Source: an uncultured Hormoscilla sp.
GTDB lineage: Bacteria > Cyanobacteriota > Cyanobacteriia > Cyanobacteriales > Desertifilaceae
DNA: 64,000 nt
Reading direction: 5' to 3'
Assembly (NCBI GenBank): GCA_963921275.4
Contig: OZ001293.3
Span: forward strand, 2,720,001-2,784,000
Shown: positions 12,012-22,803 of the stretch, piece after piece
Position numbering within the stretch: position 1 is the first letter of the stretch
Layout: every line of letters starts with the position of its first letter
The notes under the pieces: model-generated
The model's input: the letters and a program-made list of their open reading frames with translations, nothing else
Told to the model about the DNA's origin: nothing
Databases searched by the model: none
Program-made: the position numbers and the translations under genes

Positions 12012-14433
12012 GTGCGATTCGTTTAGGGTAAAATGACTTGACACGTGTCAAAAAAGGGGACCGCTAGCAGGGTTTCAATAGCCCTGACAACTTACAGATG
12101 ATGGTGGTGAAAGCCCACCCCTCCAGGTGCTCTCGTGACAGCATCCTCCCGACGGTAGCGATGGCATCAATCCGTAAAGCGGGAAGGAAAGGCGCTCTAA
12201 CTGGTAGCCTAAACCGGTCATCGTCGAGCAAGTAGTCATGATGAGCGCAAGCAAAGGTTCATAAGTGTCGTCAACATCAACCAGTGTAATAAGGCTGAGA
12301 CACTGGCCCAAAAGGGAAAGGATAATGGTCATTAGCGGTTGTAATCCGACTAATAAGCACTGACAACAAACCCGGCATATAGAATCCATCTAAAACTACG
12401 ATTAATCATCTGTAGGAACGAAGTAACCCAGCTAGGCACTCTCCATCACCGGTCGATAGATGGAGTAGTCACCAAAGACGCAACATCTGCTCTCATTTGG
12501 CAGGTCATAGCTGGGAAAGATTGAGTGGAGAAGCAAACGCCTATCTGTAATGGATGGGATAAGCTGACGCCCTCACGGTTTTGTCAATTGTGAAGTTGTG
12601 AGTAGTAGTTAATATGTCACGGAACTTAGCCGAAAAGCAAGAGTATGAATGGAAGGAGGTGCCCTGGCAGGAGCTGGAGCGCCGATCGCGCTAGCGTGGC
12701 GCCAGCCATGTCTTCAAGCTACAAAAGCGAATTTACAGAGCGGCACAGGAAGGCAACAAGCGGAAAGTTCGCAAGCTCCAAGGGTTACTAAATAGGTCAT
12801 GGTCCACGAAGATGATAGCGGTGAGACAGGTAACACAACAAAACCAAGGAAAGAATGCGGCTGGTGTGGATGGTGTGAAAGCACTGACTATGGAGCAGCG
12901 ACTGGAACTGGTAAGTCAGCTCAGAGTATCCAGGAAGGCAAAGGCGAAACCTACACTGCGTGTATGGATACCTAAGCCAGGAAGGGACGAAAAGCGGCCA
13001 CTAGGAAGACCGACGATGCACGACCGCGCACTTCAGGGATTGGTCGTCAAACAGTCGCTTGAGCCCGAATGGGAAGCGTACATGGAAGCCAATTCCTACG
13101 GATTCAGACCAGGAAGGGGATGCCACGATGCGATCGAAACGATATTCACCAGCACCAACAAGAAACCAAAATGGGTGTTAGATGCGGATATTGCGAAATG
13201 TTTCGACAAAATTGACCACTCAGCGCTCCTAGAGAAATTGAATACAACATCACCAATCCGTAGACAGATACGGGCATGGCTAAAAGCCGGGGTGATGGAC
13301 CAGGGAATATGGCAGGACACAGAAGCCGGAACTCCTCAAGGCGGAGTAATATCACCATTGCTAGCCAATATAGCCCTACATGGGTTGGAAAAGGTAGTGA
13401 TGAGTCTTGCCCGCACAAAGAGAGAGGAAAAGAAACTAACGATAGTCAGGTACGCCGATGATTTTGTGGTAATGCACGATGACCGGTCAATGATTGAGCG
13501 AGCACAAGGAGTGATTGAGGAGTGGTTGAAGGGAATAGGACTAGAGCTAAAAGCCGAGAAAACCAGGATATCCCACACACTGGAAGGAGAAAACCCCGGA
13601 TTTGACTTCCTAGGGTTCAATATCCGACAATACAAAGTAGGGAAACACAGAAGCGGCAAACTCAGCAACGGAACCCCCCTAGGATTCAAGACCCTAATCA
13701 AGCCTAGCGATAAATCCATTAGGAATCATAAAGAGCAACTATCACAGATAGTTCGCCGCCATAAATCGGCACCACAGACAGCCTTGATAGTCAAACTAAA
13801 CCCAATGATAAGGGGATGGAGCAACTACTTCAAGACGGTGGTAAGTAAGGAAACTTACAGCGACATGGATAGCTACCTATGGGAGCTGCTGTGGCAATGG
13901 GCAAAGAGAAGGCATCCCAATAAATCGGGCGAATGGATTGCCAAAAATTATTGGGCCATGACCGGTAAGGACCGGTGGAGGTTCATCGGTAAATCCAAGA
14001 AAGGAGAAATAAAGCTAATCCGGCACTCTGAAACTGAAATAATCAGACACACAAAGGTAAAGGGGACAGCTAGCCCGCTTGACGGTAACCTAGTCTACTG
14101 GAGCCAGAGATTACGAAAGAGCCCGGACGTAAGCATGAGAGTGATTAACCTGCTCAAGAGGCAGGATGGCAAGTGCCAGCATTGCGGACTAACGTTTAAG
14201 GACGGCGACAAATGGAAGTGGACCACATCCTGCCAACCTCACTGGGAGGTAAGAACTGGTACTCCAACCTACAGTTGCTGCACGACTACTGCCATGATTA
14301 TAAATCTGCCAGGGATGGCAGCAAAGGCCGTATCCATGACAAGGATGACGAAACTGAGGAGCCGGATGAGGTGAAAGTCTCACGTCCGGTTTTGAAGACG
14401 AGTCGGTACGGTGACGTACTGGCTTAGTTTAAT
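12012..14433 (+). mobile_element. Full-length group II intron with RT/maturase-HNH ORF
   Basis: Starts GTGCGATTCGTT; domain V GAGCCGGATGAGGTGAAAGTCTCACGTCCGGTTTT; ends ...AGTTTAAT 8 nt before the next start codon. Confidence 0.93.
12614..14427 (+). pseudogene. ltrA: Group II intron reverse transcriptase/maturase, disrupted
   Basis: GTPQGG and YADD RT motifs, X domain, CxxC and HNH; in-frame TAG at 12692-12694 inside a 24-bp insert; frameshift near 14213 separates the EVDH...NLQLLH HNH segment. Confidence 0.9.
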
Positions 14434-14441
14434 AGTCTCCG

Positions 14442-14885
14442 ATGATTCTAGCAACTGAAGGTACCTCGTCCTATCCCTTTAACCGCCTCATGACTTGGAT
14501 TGAAGCCCTGATTGCTCGCGGGTTTATTCAAGAAGAAGTAGTGGTGCTATCTGGTAGTAGCACCCAAGTACCACCGGAGATCGCGCGCTACGAGTCTAGG
14601 ACTGAGAGTTGTTTGACGGAACTGAGCTGGCAAGCAAGTCGGATTATTAGCGACTGTGATGCAGCGAGGCTGCAATTGCTAGATCGTACCGCTAAACCTT
14701 ACATATTGGTGCCCCGGACTTCATGCTATAATGAGTTTATCGACGATCGTCAAATTGAACTAGTAGCCTCACTGGCATCCTATGGGATTCCTGTTGCCTG
14801 GTGTCCAGGGGATTTAGTCAGATTCCTATCTTCACCCCGGAGGATTTCCCTCCCTATATCTTGGGAAATAGAAGATTTAATCTAG
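14442..14885 (+). CDS. Glycosyltransferase 28 C-terminal-like (PssE/Alg13-type) protein, divergent
   Basis: ILATEGTSSYPFNRLMTWI...PYILVPR...IDDRQIEL pattern; next to a sugar transferase. Confidence 0.7.
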   Translation: MILATEGTSSYPFNRLMTWIEALIARGFIQEEVVVLSGSSTQVPPEIARYESRTESCLTELSWQASRIISDCDAARLQLLDRTAKPYILVPRTSCYNEFIDDRQIELVASLASYGIPVAWCPGDLVRFLSSPRRISLPISWEIEDLI

Positions 14886-15030
14886 TTTCACTTGAAACCA
14901 GAAACAGAACCGGGGATGGTTGCCTCACTGGTTCTTGAGGCCCGGTCCAAAGTAGCGCTCCTCTGGTCGCGCACTGCGCCTTTGAGATGGGACTGCTGTC
15001 AAATTATGTCTGACTCGACTTGAGGGATAT

Positions 15031-16169
15031 ATGGATAGTCAAACGACTAGCGTTGTGTTTCCGGTCACAGTATTGAAGGAAATCTACTTAGTTCAGTTGC
15101 CCGATCGCTTGACTGTGCTGGAGGCGGTGGCCTTCAAGGACAGTTTTAAGCAATTGTGCCAAGAGAAACCGGCACCAGTGCGAATAGTTCTGGATTTCGG
15201 TAAGACTACTTTTATCGACAGCAGTGGCATCGGAGCACTGGTCAGTAGTCTGAAAATCGCGAGGTCTCACAAAACAGAAGTGGTATTCTGGAGTCTCCAT
15301 CCTCAGGTAAAGATGGTTTTAGAGCTCACAGAACTGAAAGCGGTGTTTACAGTTGATGCCGGAACTGAGGCGATTATACCGACAAAAGTCCAACATGTGA
15401 AGTCAAAGCAAGCACCTTCGGGACCTCTCGGCGCTCGATGTCTCCCGGTGAGGTGTCTCTTGGGAGCGCTAAAAGCACTACCCAAGAGACCACAGCGAGA
15501 CGGTCTAATCGCACTACCCGGGAGACATCGTATTCGCACTACCCGAGAGGTCCCGGTTACTCATCCTTCGGTGCGATCGCTCCCGAAACGCTTAATTGAC
15601 ATTGTCGGGGCTTTGGTGGGTCTTTTGATTACAGCGGTTTTGTACATCCCCATTGTGATTGCGATCGAACTAGATAGCCCCGGACCGATATTTTTTGGTC
15701 AAATCCGCTGTGGTGGATGGGCAGGCGTTTTAATATCTGGAAATTTCGCTCGATGGTGCCTGACGCGGAAGCGCTGAAAGGAAAGATCAAAAATCAAGCT
15801 AAAGGTGCCTTTTTTAAGAATGATAATGACCCACGAGTGACGCAGGTGGGTCGCTTTTTGCGCCGCACGAGTCTGGATGAGTTCCCCCAGTTTTGGAATG
15901 TCCTGAAAGGGGAGATGTCTCTGGTGGGGACTCGACCTCCGACCCCAGATGAAATCGATCGCTATGAAATACCTAAGTGGCGATGCTTGAATGTTAAACC
16001 TGGTATGACTGGGGAGTGGCAGGTGAATGGCCGCTCTCAAATCCGCGATTTTGAAGATGTGATCTGCATGGATCTACGTTATCAAGAAAATTGGAGCCTG
16101 ATGTATGATATCAAGCTGATTGTTAAGACGATCGCCATTTTGTTTAGGAAGAATTCGGGCGCAGTTTGA
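15031..16169 (+). pseudogene. STAS (anti-sigma antagonist) domain plus priming sugar transferase fusion, frameshifted
   Basis: FIDSSGIGALV STAS motif; KRLIDIVGA...DSPGPIFF; 1-nt frameshift near 15715 into RRFNIWKFRSM...[22 protein letters not shown]. Confidence 0.85.
15419..15555. repeat. Three nested palindromic mini-elements inserted within the coding sequence
   Basis: Stem pairs 15419-31/15543-55, 15436-48/15518-30 and 15455-64/15481-90; each right arm preceded by GCACTA. Confidence 0.85.
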
Positions 16170-16245
16170 TCTGCTTCCGGACCTGTCGCAAGCAATTACA
16201 GTAATTCATTTTATAGGCTACTGTCTGCGGCGACAAGTGGAACTT

Positions 16246-16715
16246 ATATCATGTCGGGTTAAATGCACCTGATTAAGCGGCCTTGATTTTTGGCCACCAA
16301 TGATATAAGGTCAACCCCTAAATTAACTCTTGCTGTTGGAGTAATTGGCGACATCGCCCAACTACCAAGTCTTCTACCTCATCAATGCTATTAAACGCTT
16401 TGTTGGCTAACGGTTCATTGATTAACGGCCATAACCGCTCAGCCGGTTACAACTCTGGTGAATGGGGCGGCAGGGGGAACAGGTGAATCCCTTCAGGCAC
16501 CTGGAGCTTTTCCGTCATATGCCAGCCAGCCTGGTCGAGAGGAAGAATTACCCGTTTATCTTTGCCCACTTGGAAATGATTGGCAAAGTCTTCGAGTACC
16601 GCACCGAATAGCTGGCTATTCACGTCGGGGAGAATCCACCAGTAAGTATCTCCTGTTTGGGGTTGAACAAAACCGTACAACCACAACCATTCCCGTATTG
16701 ACCACCTACCTCTAA
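16246..16715 (-). pseudogene. IS630-family transposase 3' remnant
   Basis: WLWLYGFVQPQTG...LDQAGWH...LPPHSPEL*PAERLWP DDE segment; IS-like end near 16246. Confidence 0.8.
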
Positions 16716-16805
16716 TACAACTGACCACCTACCTCTAATACAACCTACCTCTAATACAACCTACCTCTAATACAACTGACAACTAACCACTGACCACTGA
16801 CCAAT
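16703..16805. repeat. Short tandem repeats (CCTACCTCTAATACAA x4 plus ACTGACC heptamers)
   Basis: Directly visible. Confidence 0.8.
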
Positions 16806-16808
16806 GCA

Positions 16809-17330
16809 CTAGAAGTTTTGAGTTTCCGATGCTGGTATTCCTGTGCCTGGTTGCTTGAGGAAGAAGTTTTCGGCGTTATCGTTTTGGTAAATGCAACTAA
16901 TTTTGGGTGAAGCCTCAATATTACCAGTAAAGCCAAAGGTGTTCATCCGGTTTTTACAATCGCTGACCTGATCTCGCGTCACTAGCTTTCTTTGCTCTAG
17001 AATTGCCCAGTTGTTGCGCCGCAAAACACATCCGGGCTGCATAATTGGCTGAGAAATATAGACACTGAAAGGATTGAGAGTAACATAGAGCCTAGTATCC
17101 ATTACCATAGCACTGGCTCCATACTGAACACAAAGCTCCGGGTTAGGCACACTGCGGTCAATAAAGTCACGAGATGCCACATTTTCTGGGGTAAAGGTAG
17201 TCGTAGAGGAAACGGCAATGCCCACTCCAATTCCCAAAATCAATATACCTGCCATAATTGCCAGGTTTGTATAATTGAATGGAGAAGATGCAGTGTTTCC
17301 GGATCTCCGATTCATACTTTTTCTGGTCAT
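16809..17330 (-). CDS. Conserved cyanobacterial membrane protein (DUF3172-like)
   Basis: One TM helix; NVASRDFIDRSVPNPELCVQYGASAMVMD. Confidence 0.8.
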   Translation of the reverse strand: MTRKSMNRRSGNTASSPFNYTNLAIMAGILILGIGVGIAVSSTTTFTPENVASRDFIDRSVPNPELCVQYGASAMVMDTRLYVTLNPFSVYISQPIMQPGCVLRRNNWAILEQRKLVTRDQVSDCKNRMNTFGFTGNIEASPKISCIYQNDNAENFFLKQPGTGIPASETQNF

Positions 17331-18100
17331 GATTCCTATGCCTGCTAATTGTAAATTGCTAATTGTAAATTAGATTCACTACTCTCAGATCATACTGCTA
17401 ACATTTCTCTGATGCTAACCATTTGTTAGTTTTGCCTGCTGCTGATGCCAGTGCATACCCCGATTGCCGGTACTCTGCTGGTTTGGAGGTGATTCTGGGA
17501 TTGATTGTTAAATCCCTGGAATGCGACAGATAATCCCACACCTAGGATCAGGCGTAGATCAGGCTTAAACCCACTGGGAGGTAATGACTAGCCTTGTCAG
17601 GAGTTTTAATCACTGAATCTAAGGCTCTTCGGTACTTGGGAAGCAATTTTCAGGTTCAAAAATCTCCGAAAGCATTGCTATGTAAGGCTTCGGCGACTTG
17701 CTAGACCCTAGTTACCTAAAAAAGGCAGTCGATCGTCTCAAAGCCTTGCTGCGCAAGGCGAGAGCGCCTGAATTGGTTGGCGATTTTACCATACTAAGTA
17801 CCGAAGAGCAAAATATAATAGCATTTTTCTATCAGCTTTCACTTTTGTTAATTATGACTTTTTTCCTTTGGGTAACGCCTGACAACCCAACCTATTCTCT
17901 TAAGTTAAGTCCAGACTGTTTCTTATATCTTATCATCCACCATCCCTGCTTGTCAACTGTTATCGTAACAGACAATTTTCCTAAAATATGTTAATAATTT
18001 GATCCTCCAGCTTTGGCATGGGGAATACCATCGCTTTTTCTTGCTGTATATTACGCGATCGCATTTATATCCGCAAACGATGTCACTTGAAGTGACATCG

Positions 18101-19565
18101 GGGTGCATCCCAGTTTGGCAATTAGCAAAAATACTCAGAAGCTAAACTGTTACTAACAGGCAGTATGATTAGTTGGCATTAGGTAATGTCATGTCAAGAT
18201 AGACTCACGAAGAGAATACTCCATTGAGATAAGCGCAGCGATGCAGCAAAACCTGGGGGACATTGGCGGCTTTCCACTGCGCTTCGGAGAGCTTCAGCCG
18301 TGCAGATATCTGCTTAATCGTTGATTCGACATCTCCCGAACCAATGGAAATCCCCTCGGCTTGATCATAGCCATAGTTGACAATGCGGTGACGATGCGCC
18401 CGTAACATAGGCCCTGAAGTACCCGTGGATGGTCCCAGTCGTCAAATTCTTTGAGGGCCTCTTCCACTTTGCCTGACCATAAGAGAGCTTTCACTCGTGC
18501 GACGCGCTGGCCGGACCCGCCGACTTTTTCCAGGTTTTCTATCAAGTGATACCAATCGAGGATTTCCAGACTGAAGGTGGTCGGACCAATCTGAGCAAAC
18601 AAGTTCCAAACGCCATCATGACCATCTCCGAGACAGACAAGCGGATTTGCCAAGGGCTGCTGGTTGGCCCATTCGACCAGTCCAGGATTGTCCCGAAAGA
18701 AGGCGGCGACCCCCAGGTCATGCAGATTGACGGTGCGTAAGCGCACTTTCCCCCCTTGAAGTGCTCATTTCTTCAACGACTTCGGAGGTTGTCGGTAACT
18801 CCAAGTCATGGCAGGGCTCCTTCCCTTCTGGATGGCTCATTTCTTCGGCGGCTTGGCAGGCCCTGGGCAATTCCAAGTCATGGCAGGGCTCCTTCCCTTC
18901 TGGATGGCTCATTTCTTCGGTGGCTTGGCAGACCGTCAGCAACTCTCTCGTCATGGCGCTGTACCAGTCGTTGCTGGGTTCCCCGGGAGACGCTCATCTC
19001 CGTGAGCACCTCAATATCTTCCGATGCGTGCTCATACGAAGAGTTCGCGCTCAGCAATAAGCAACATTTCTCCAGATAGGGGCTCCACTGGCTATAGGGC
19101 CTCACATCAATCCGGAGTCCCTTGCTTGGAGGTAATTGAGAGCTTGTCGAGAATGCTGTTTAAAGTTCGGGCTCGCCCTGCTGTGGTACCACTGATGTTT
19201 TGGATAAAAAAAGGGCAATCTCTGGGCCGACGTATTCGAGCAACTGCCCGCGGATAGTGGCTTCGAGCCCTTCGATGGTTTCCAATTGCTCTGGAACCGT
19301 CCCTTGGGCCTCGGAATACAACAAGGCGGCTATGCCCAAGGCATAGGTTTTAATTTGAGCCAAGTTCTCTCTATTCATAGTTTCGGGGGGAACGTTTGCC
19401 TACTCCCTCAGCCGGTAGTGGGTCACAAGTAGTGATTTTAGCGCCTGAAACCCTCGGCGGACCGTAGTCAAATCACTACATTTTGACCACTACCCCTCAG
19501 CCTAACACCATCTCGTCAGTTCATAAACTCAGTTAAAATACTCATTCAAAAACTGGGAGGCACCC
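18101..19565 (-). mobile_element. ISKra4-family element with degenerate transposase
   Basis: Terminal IRs GGGTGCATCCCAGTTT / AAACTGGGAGGCACCC; 9-bp direct repeat GTGACATCG at 18092-18100 and 19566-19574; CLGDGHDGVWN, EILDWYHLIENL, IGSGDVESTIKQI fragments. Confidence 0.9.
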
Positions 19566-19589
19566 GTGACATCGCCCCCTACTTACCCC

Positions 19590-20150
19590 TTACCTCTGAT
19601 AGGCTAATTCAGCTTTAGCGCCACTTAATATATCCAGACAAACCCAACTTTTATCCAGAAATTTGATCTGCAATTTATCTCCTGCAACCACTGCATCTTC
19701 AATAATGTCTTGAGAATATCTCCACCATTCCCTGCCATCGACTCCGATCGCCACTACCCCGATTTCATGAAAGCACAGAATCAATCCACAATCTTTGAGC
19801 TGCAAAAAACAAGAAAATAGGTAATCTAACTCTATTATGAAGTCAATTTTCCGCTTTTTAACACTAACTCCAGACACTTCTCTATTGAATCCCAATAATA
19901 GCATATCTGACTCTGGCAGCAATAACATATGGGGTGATAAGCCATGATATTCAGCACAAATCCCAACTCCAAAATAATGTATTCCCAACCATTGAAAATG
20001 AACAAGCGCCGAATAGAACTTCTGTTTAGAATCAGCATCTTCACTGAGTAATATGCTGCCCAAATCGCATTGTGACAAGCAGCACATCAACTCGCTTTTA
20101 GTTTCCCAATACTGAATTTCTACAACATTTTTGCCAAAAGTAACTAGCAT
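19590..20150 (-). CDS. Hypothetical protein, candidate immunity protein
   Basis: Intact 186-aa ORF starting 2 nt after the stop of the toxin-like ORF; AT-rich. Confidence 0.6.
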   Translation of the reverse strand: MLVTFGKNVVEIQYWETKSELMCCLSQCDLGSILLSEDADSKQKFYSALVHFQWLGIHYFGVGICAEYHGLSPHMLLLPESDMLLLGFNREVSGVSVKKRKIDFIIELDYLFSCFLQLKDCGLILCFHEIGVVAIGVDGREWWRYSQDIIEDAVVAGDKLQIKFLDKSWVCLDILSGAKAELAYQR

Positions 20151-20152
20151 TT

Positions 20153-20473
20153 TTACTTCTCTCCACTCTTCAATAAAACTGTTATCAGTTTCTCTCCTTC
20201 CCAGGCTGTCTCCATTTTTATTCCACCAAGAGGTCCCATAAGTAGTGATTCTTTAACAACTCTCCCATCCTGCTGGACTCGAACGATATTTGTCGAGTCC
20301 CCAAATACTGAATCTATGTGGTTAGCCACATAACTCCGGTTCTCAGGGGTATCGATAATACCAATATTTTCCAGTTCTGCGAACAGACTTCTAGACCTTT
20401 TGATATTATGTTCCCTGCCACTTGCTTTTCCAAAAATAAAATCTAGCTTTTTAAGATTAGCCTCACTAAACAC
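20153..20473 (-). CDS. Small protein resembling a polymorphic-toxin C-terminal nuclease domain
   Basis: KLDFIFGKASGREHNIKRS...IGIIDTPENR...VKESLLMGPLG...ETAW...LIT resembles CdiA/Rhs C-terminal RNase domains (from recall). Confidence 0.6.
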   Translation of the reverse strand: MFSEANLKKLDFIFGKASGREHNIKRSRSLFAELENIGIIDTPENRSYVANHIDSVFGDSTNIVRVQQDGRVVKESLLMGPLGGIKMETAWEGEKLITVLLKSGEK

Positions 20474-20486
20474 GGCACAACCTTGT

Positions 20487-21578
20487 CTACACGTTAAATC
20501 GGAACAGCATTACGTCACCCTCCTGCACTACATAATCCTTACCTTCACTGCGGACTAAACCCTGAGTCTTCGCCGCAGTCATCGAACCCGTGGCCACCAA
20601 ATTCTCATAAGATATTGTCTCCGCCCGAATAAAACCGCGCTCAAAATCAGAGTGAATCACCCCAGCAGCTTGGGGTGCTTTCATCCCCGCTATAATCGTC
20701 CAAGCCCGGGTTTCCTTGGGACCAGTAGTCAAGTAAGTCCGCAAGCCCAAAATTTCATAGGTCGCCCGGATCAGGGATTTTAACCCGCCCTCTGCAACTC
20801 CCAGAGAAGCGAGAAAATCTGCTCTTTCTTCTGCTGGTAACTCAATTAATTCTGATTCCACCTGGGCAGAAATAACTACCACTTGGGCATTTTCGGCTGC
20901 TGCTATTTCCCGCACTTGTTCCACCCAACTGTTCCCCGTTGCCAAGTCATCTTCCGATACATTGGTCCCATAGATGACAGGTTTAGCCGTCAACAACCCC
21001 AAAGGCTTGACAGACTCCGCTTCCTCTGCTGTTAACTCAGCCTGTCGCGCCCCCATACCCTCATTTAACACCGCCATTAGCTTTTCCAGGGCTGCCAACT
21101 CCAGCTGAGCCTCCTTACTTGTACGGGCCTGCTTGCGGGTGCGTTCCATCCGGCGCTCAACTTGGGCCAGATCCGATAAAGCTAACTCTAAATTGATCAT
21201 TTCGATGTCTCGGACTGGATCGATCGTCCCAGAAACATGGATAATGTCATCATTCTCAAAACAGCGCACCACATGGACGATCGCATCTACTTCCAGGATA
21301 TTGGCTAAAAATTTATTTCCCAGTCCTTCGCCCTTGCTGGCACCTTTGACCAAACCAGCAATATCGACAAACTCCACCCGAGTTGGTACGATTTGCTCAG
21401 ACTGGGAGATTTTCGCTAGCACCTGCAACCGCTCGTCCGGCACGGCCACCACCCCCACATTGGGTTCGATCGTGCAGAAAGGGAAATTGGCCGCTTCTGC
21501 TTTAGCATTGGCAACCAGGGCATTAAACAAAGTAGATTTGCCCACATTGGGCAGTCCGACAATTCCAGCTCTTAGCAT
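20487..21578 (-). CDS. ychF: Redox-regulated ribosome-binding ATPase YchF
   Basis: GIVGLPNVGKST, NFPFCTIEPN, C-terminal TGS ...DVMLFRFNV. Confidence 0.97.
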   Translation of the reverse strand: MLRAGIVGLPNVGKSTLFNALVANAKAEAANFPFCTIEPNVGVVAVPDERLQVLAKISQSEQIVPTRVEFVDIAGLVKGASKGEGLGNKFLANILEVDAIVHVVRCFENDDIIHVSGTIDPVRDIEMINLELALSDLAQVERRMERTRKQARTSKEAQLELAALEKLMAVLNEGMGARQAELTAEEAESVKPLGLLTAKPVIYGTNVSEDDLATGNSWVEQVREIAAAENAQVVVISAQVESELIELPAEERADFLASLGVAEGGLKSLIRATYEILGLRTYLTTGPKETRAWTIIAGMKAPQAAGVIHSDFERGFIRAETISYENLVATGSMTAAKTQGLVRSEGKDYVVQEGDVMLFRFNV

Positions 21579-21626
21579 CTTAGTATCAGAGTAAAAATTT
21601 AGCTGTTGGTCAACTAGGTTTGTGCA

Positions 21627-22460
<834 letters not shown>

Positions 22461-22684
22461 TGACGGGAGGAATAAGTATCTCAGAAGATAAATTGGCGTT
22501 GCACATTTTGGGGATGATGCCCTTTTTTGCACATAACTGAAACTGGCTTGTAGTCTAGGTTTAAGACTTCTGCAACTATGCCCATCATCCCGTAATTGTG
22601 CAACGCAGATAAATTTATCGCGCTGGGGATCAGACAGGTCCCGATTTTTCCTTCAGCGGTGTCAAATCATCACAGAGGTATTTC

Positions 22685-22803
22685 GATCTTCAGTCCCAGA
22701 GTCCGGGTGACATAACTCACGCTAGTCATCTGCCGCACCAAAGAAGATCTTCAGTCCCAGAGTCTGGGTGACATAACTCACGCTAGTCATCTACCGCACC
22801 AAA
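22685..22803. repeat. Direct duplication of about 60 bp just before the decarboxylase start
   Basis: GATCTTCAGTCCCAGAGTC...CCGCACCAAA occurs twice with 2 mismatches. Confidence 0.85.

Noticed and set aside
12614..14427. RT as a DGR, retron or CRISPR-associated RT
   Set aside because: YADD RT with X and HNH domains sits inside clear group II intron boundaries; no template/variable repeat pair or msr/msd seen
11926..14450. The 12012 intron interrupting a coding sequence
   Set aside because: Joining the exons gives no continuous ORF; a stop lies just upstream in the frame of the 14442 gene, so the insertion is in the leader
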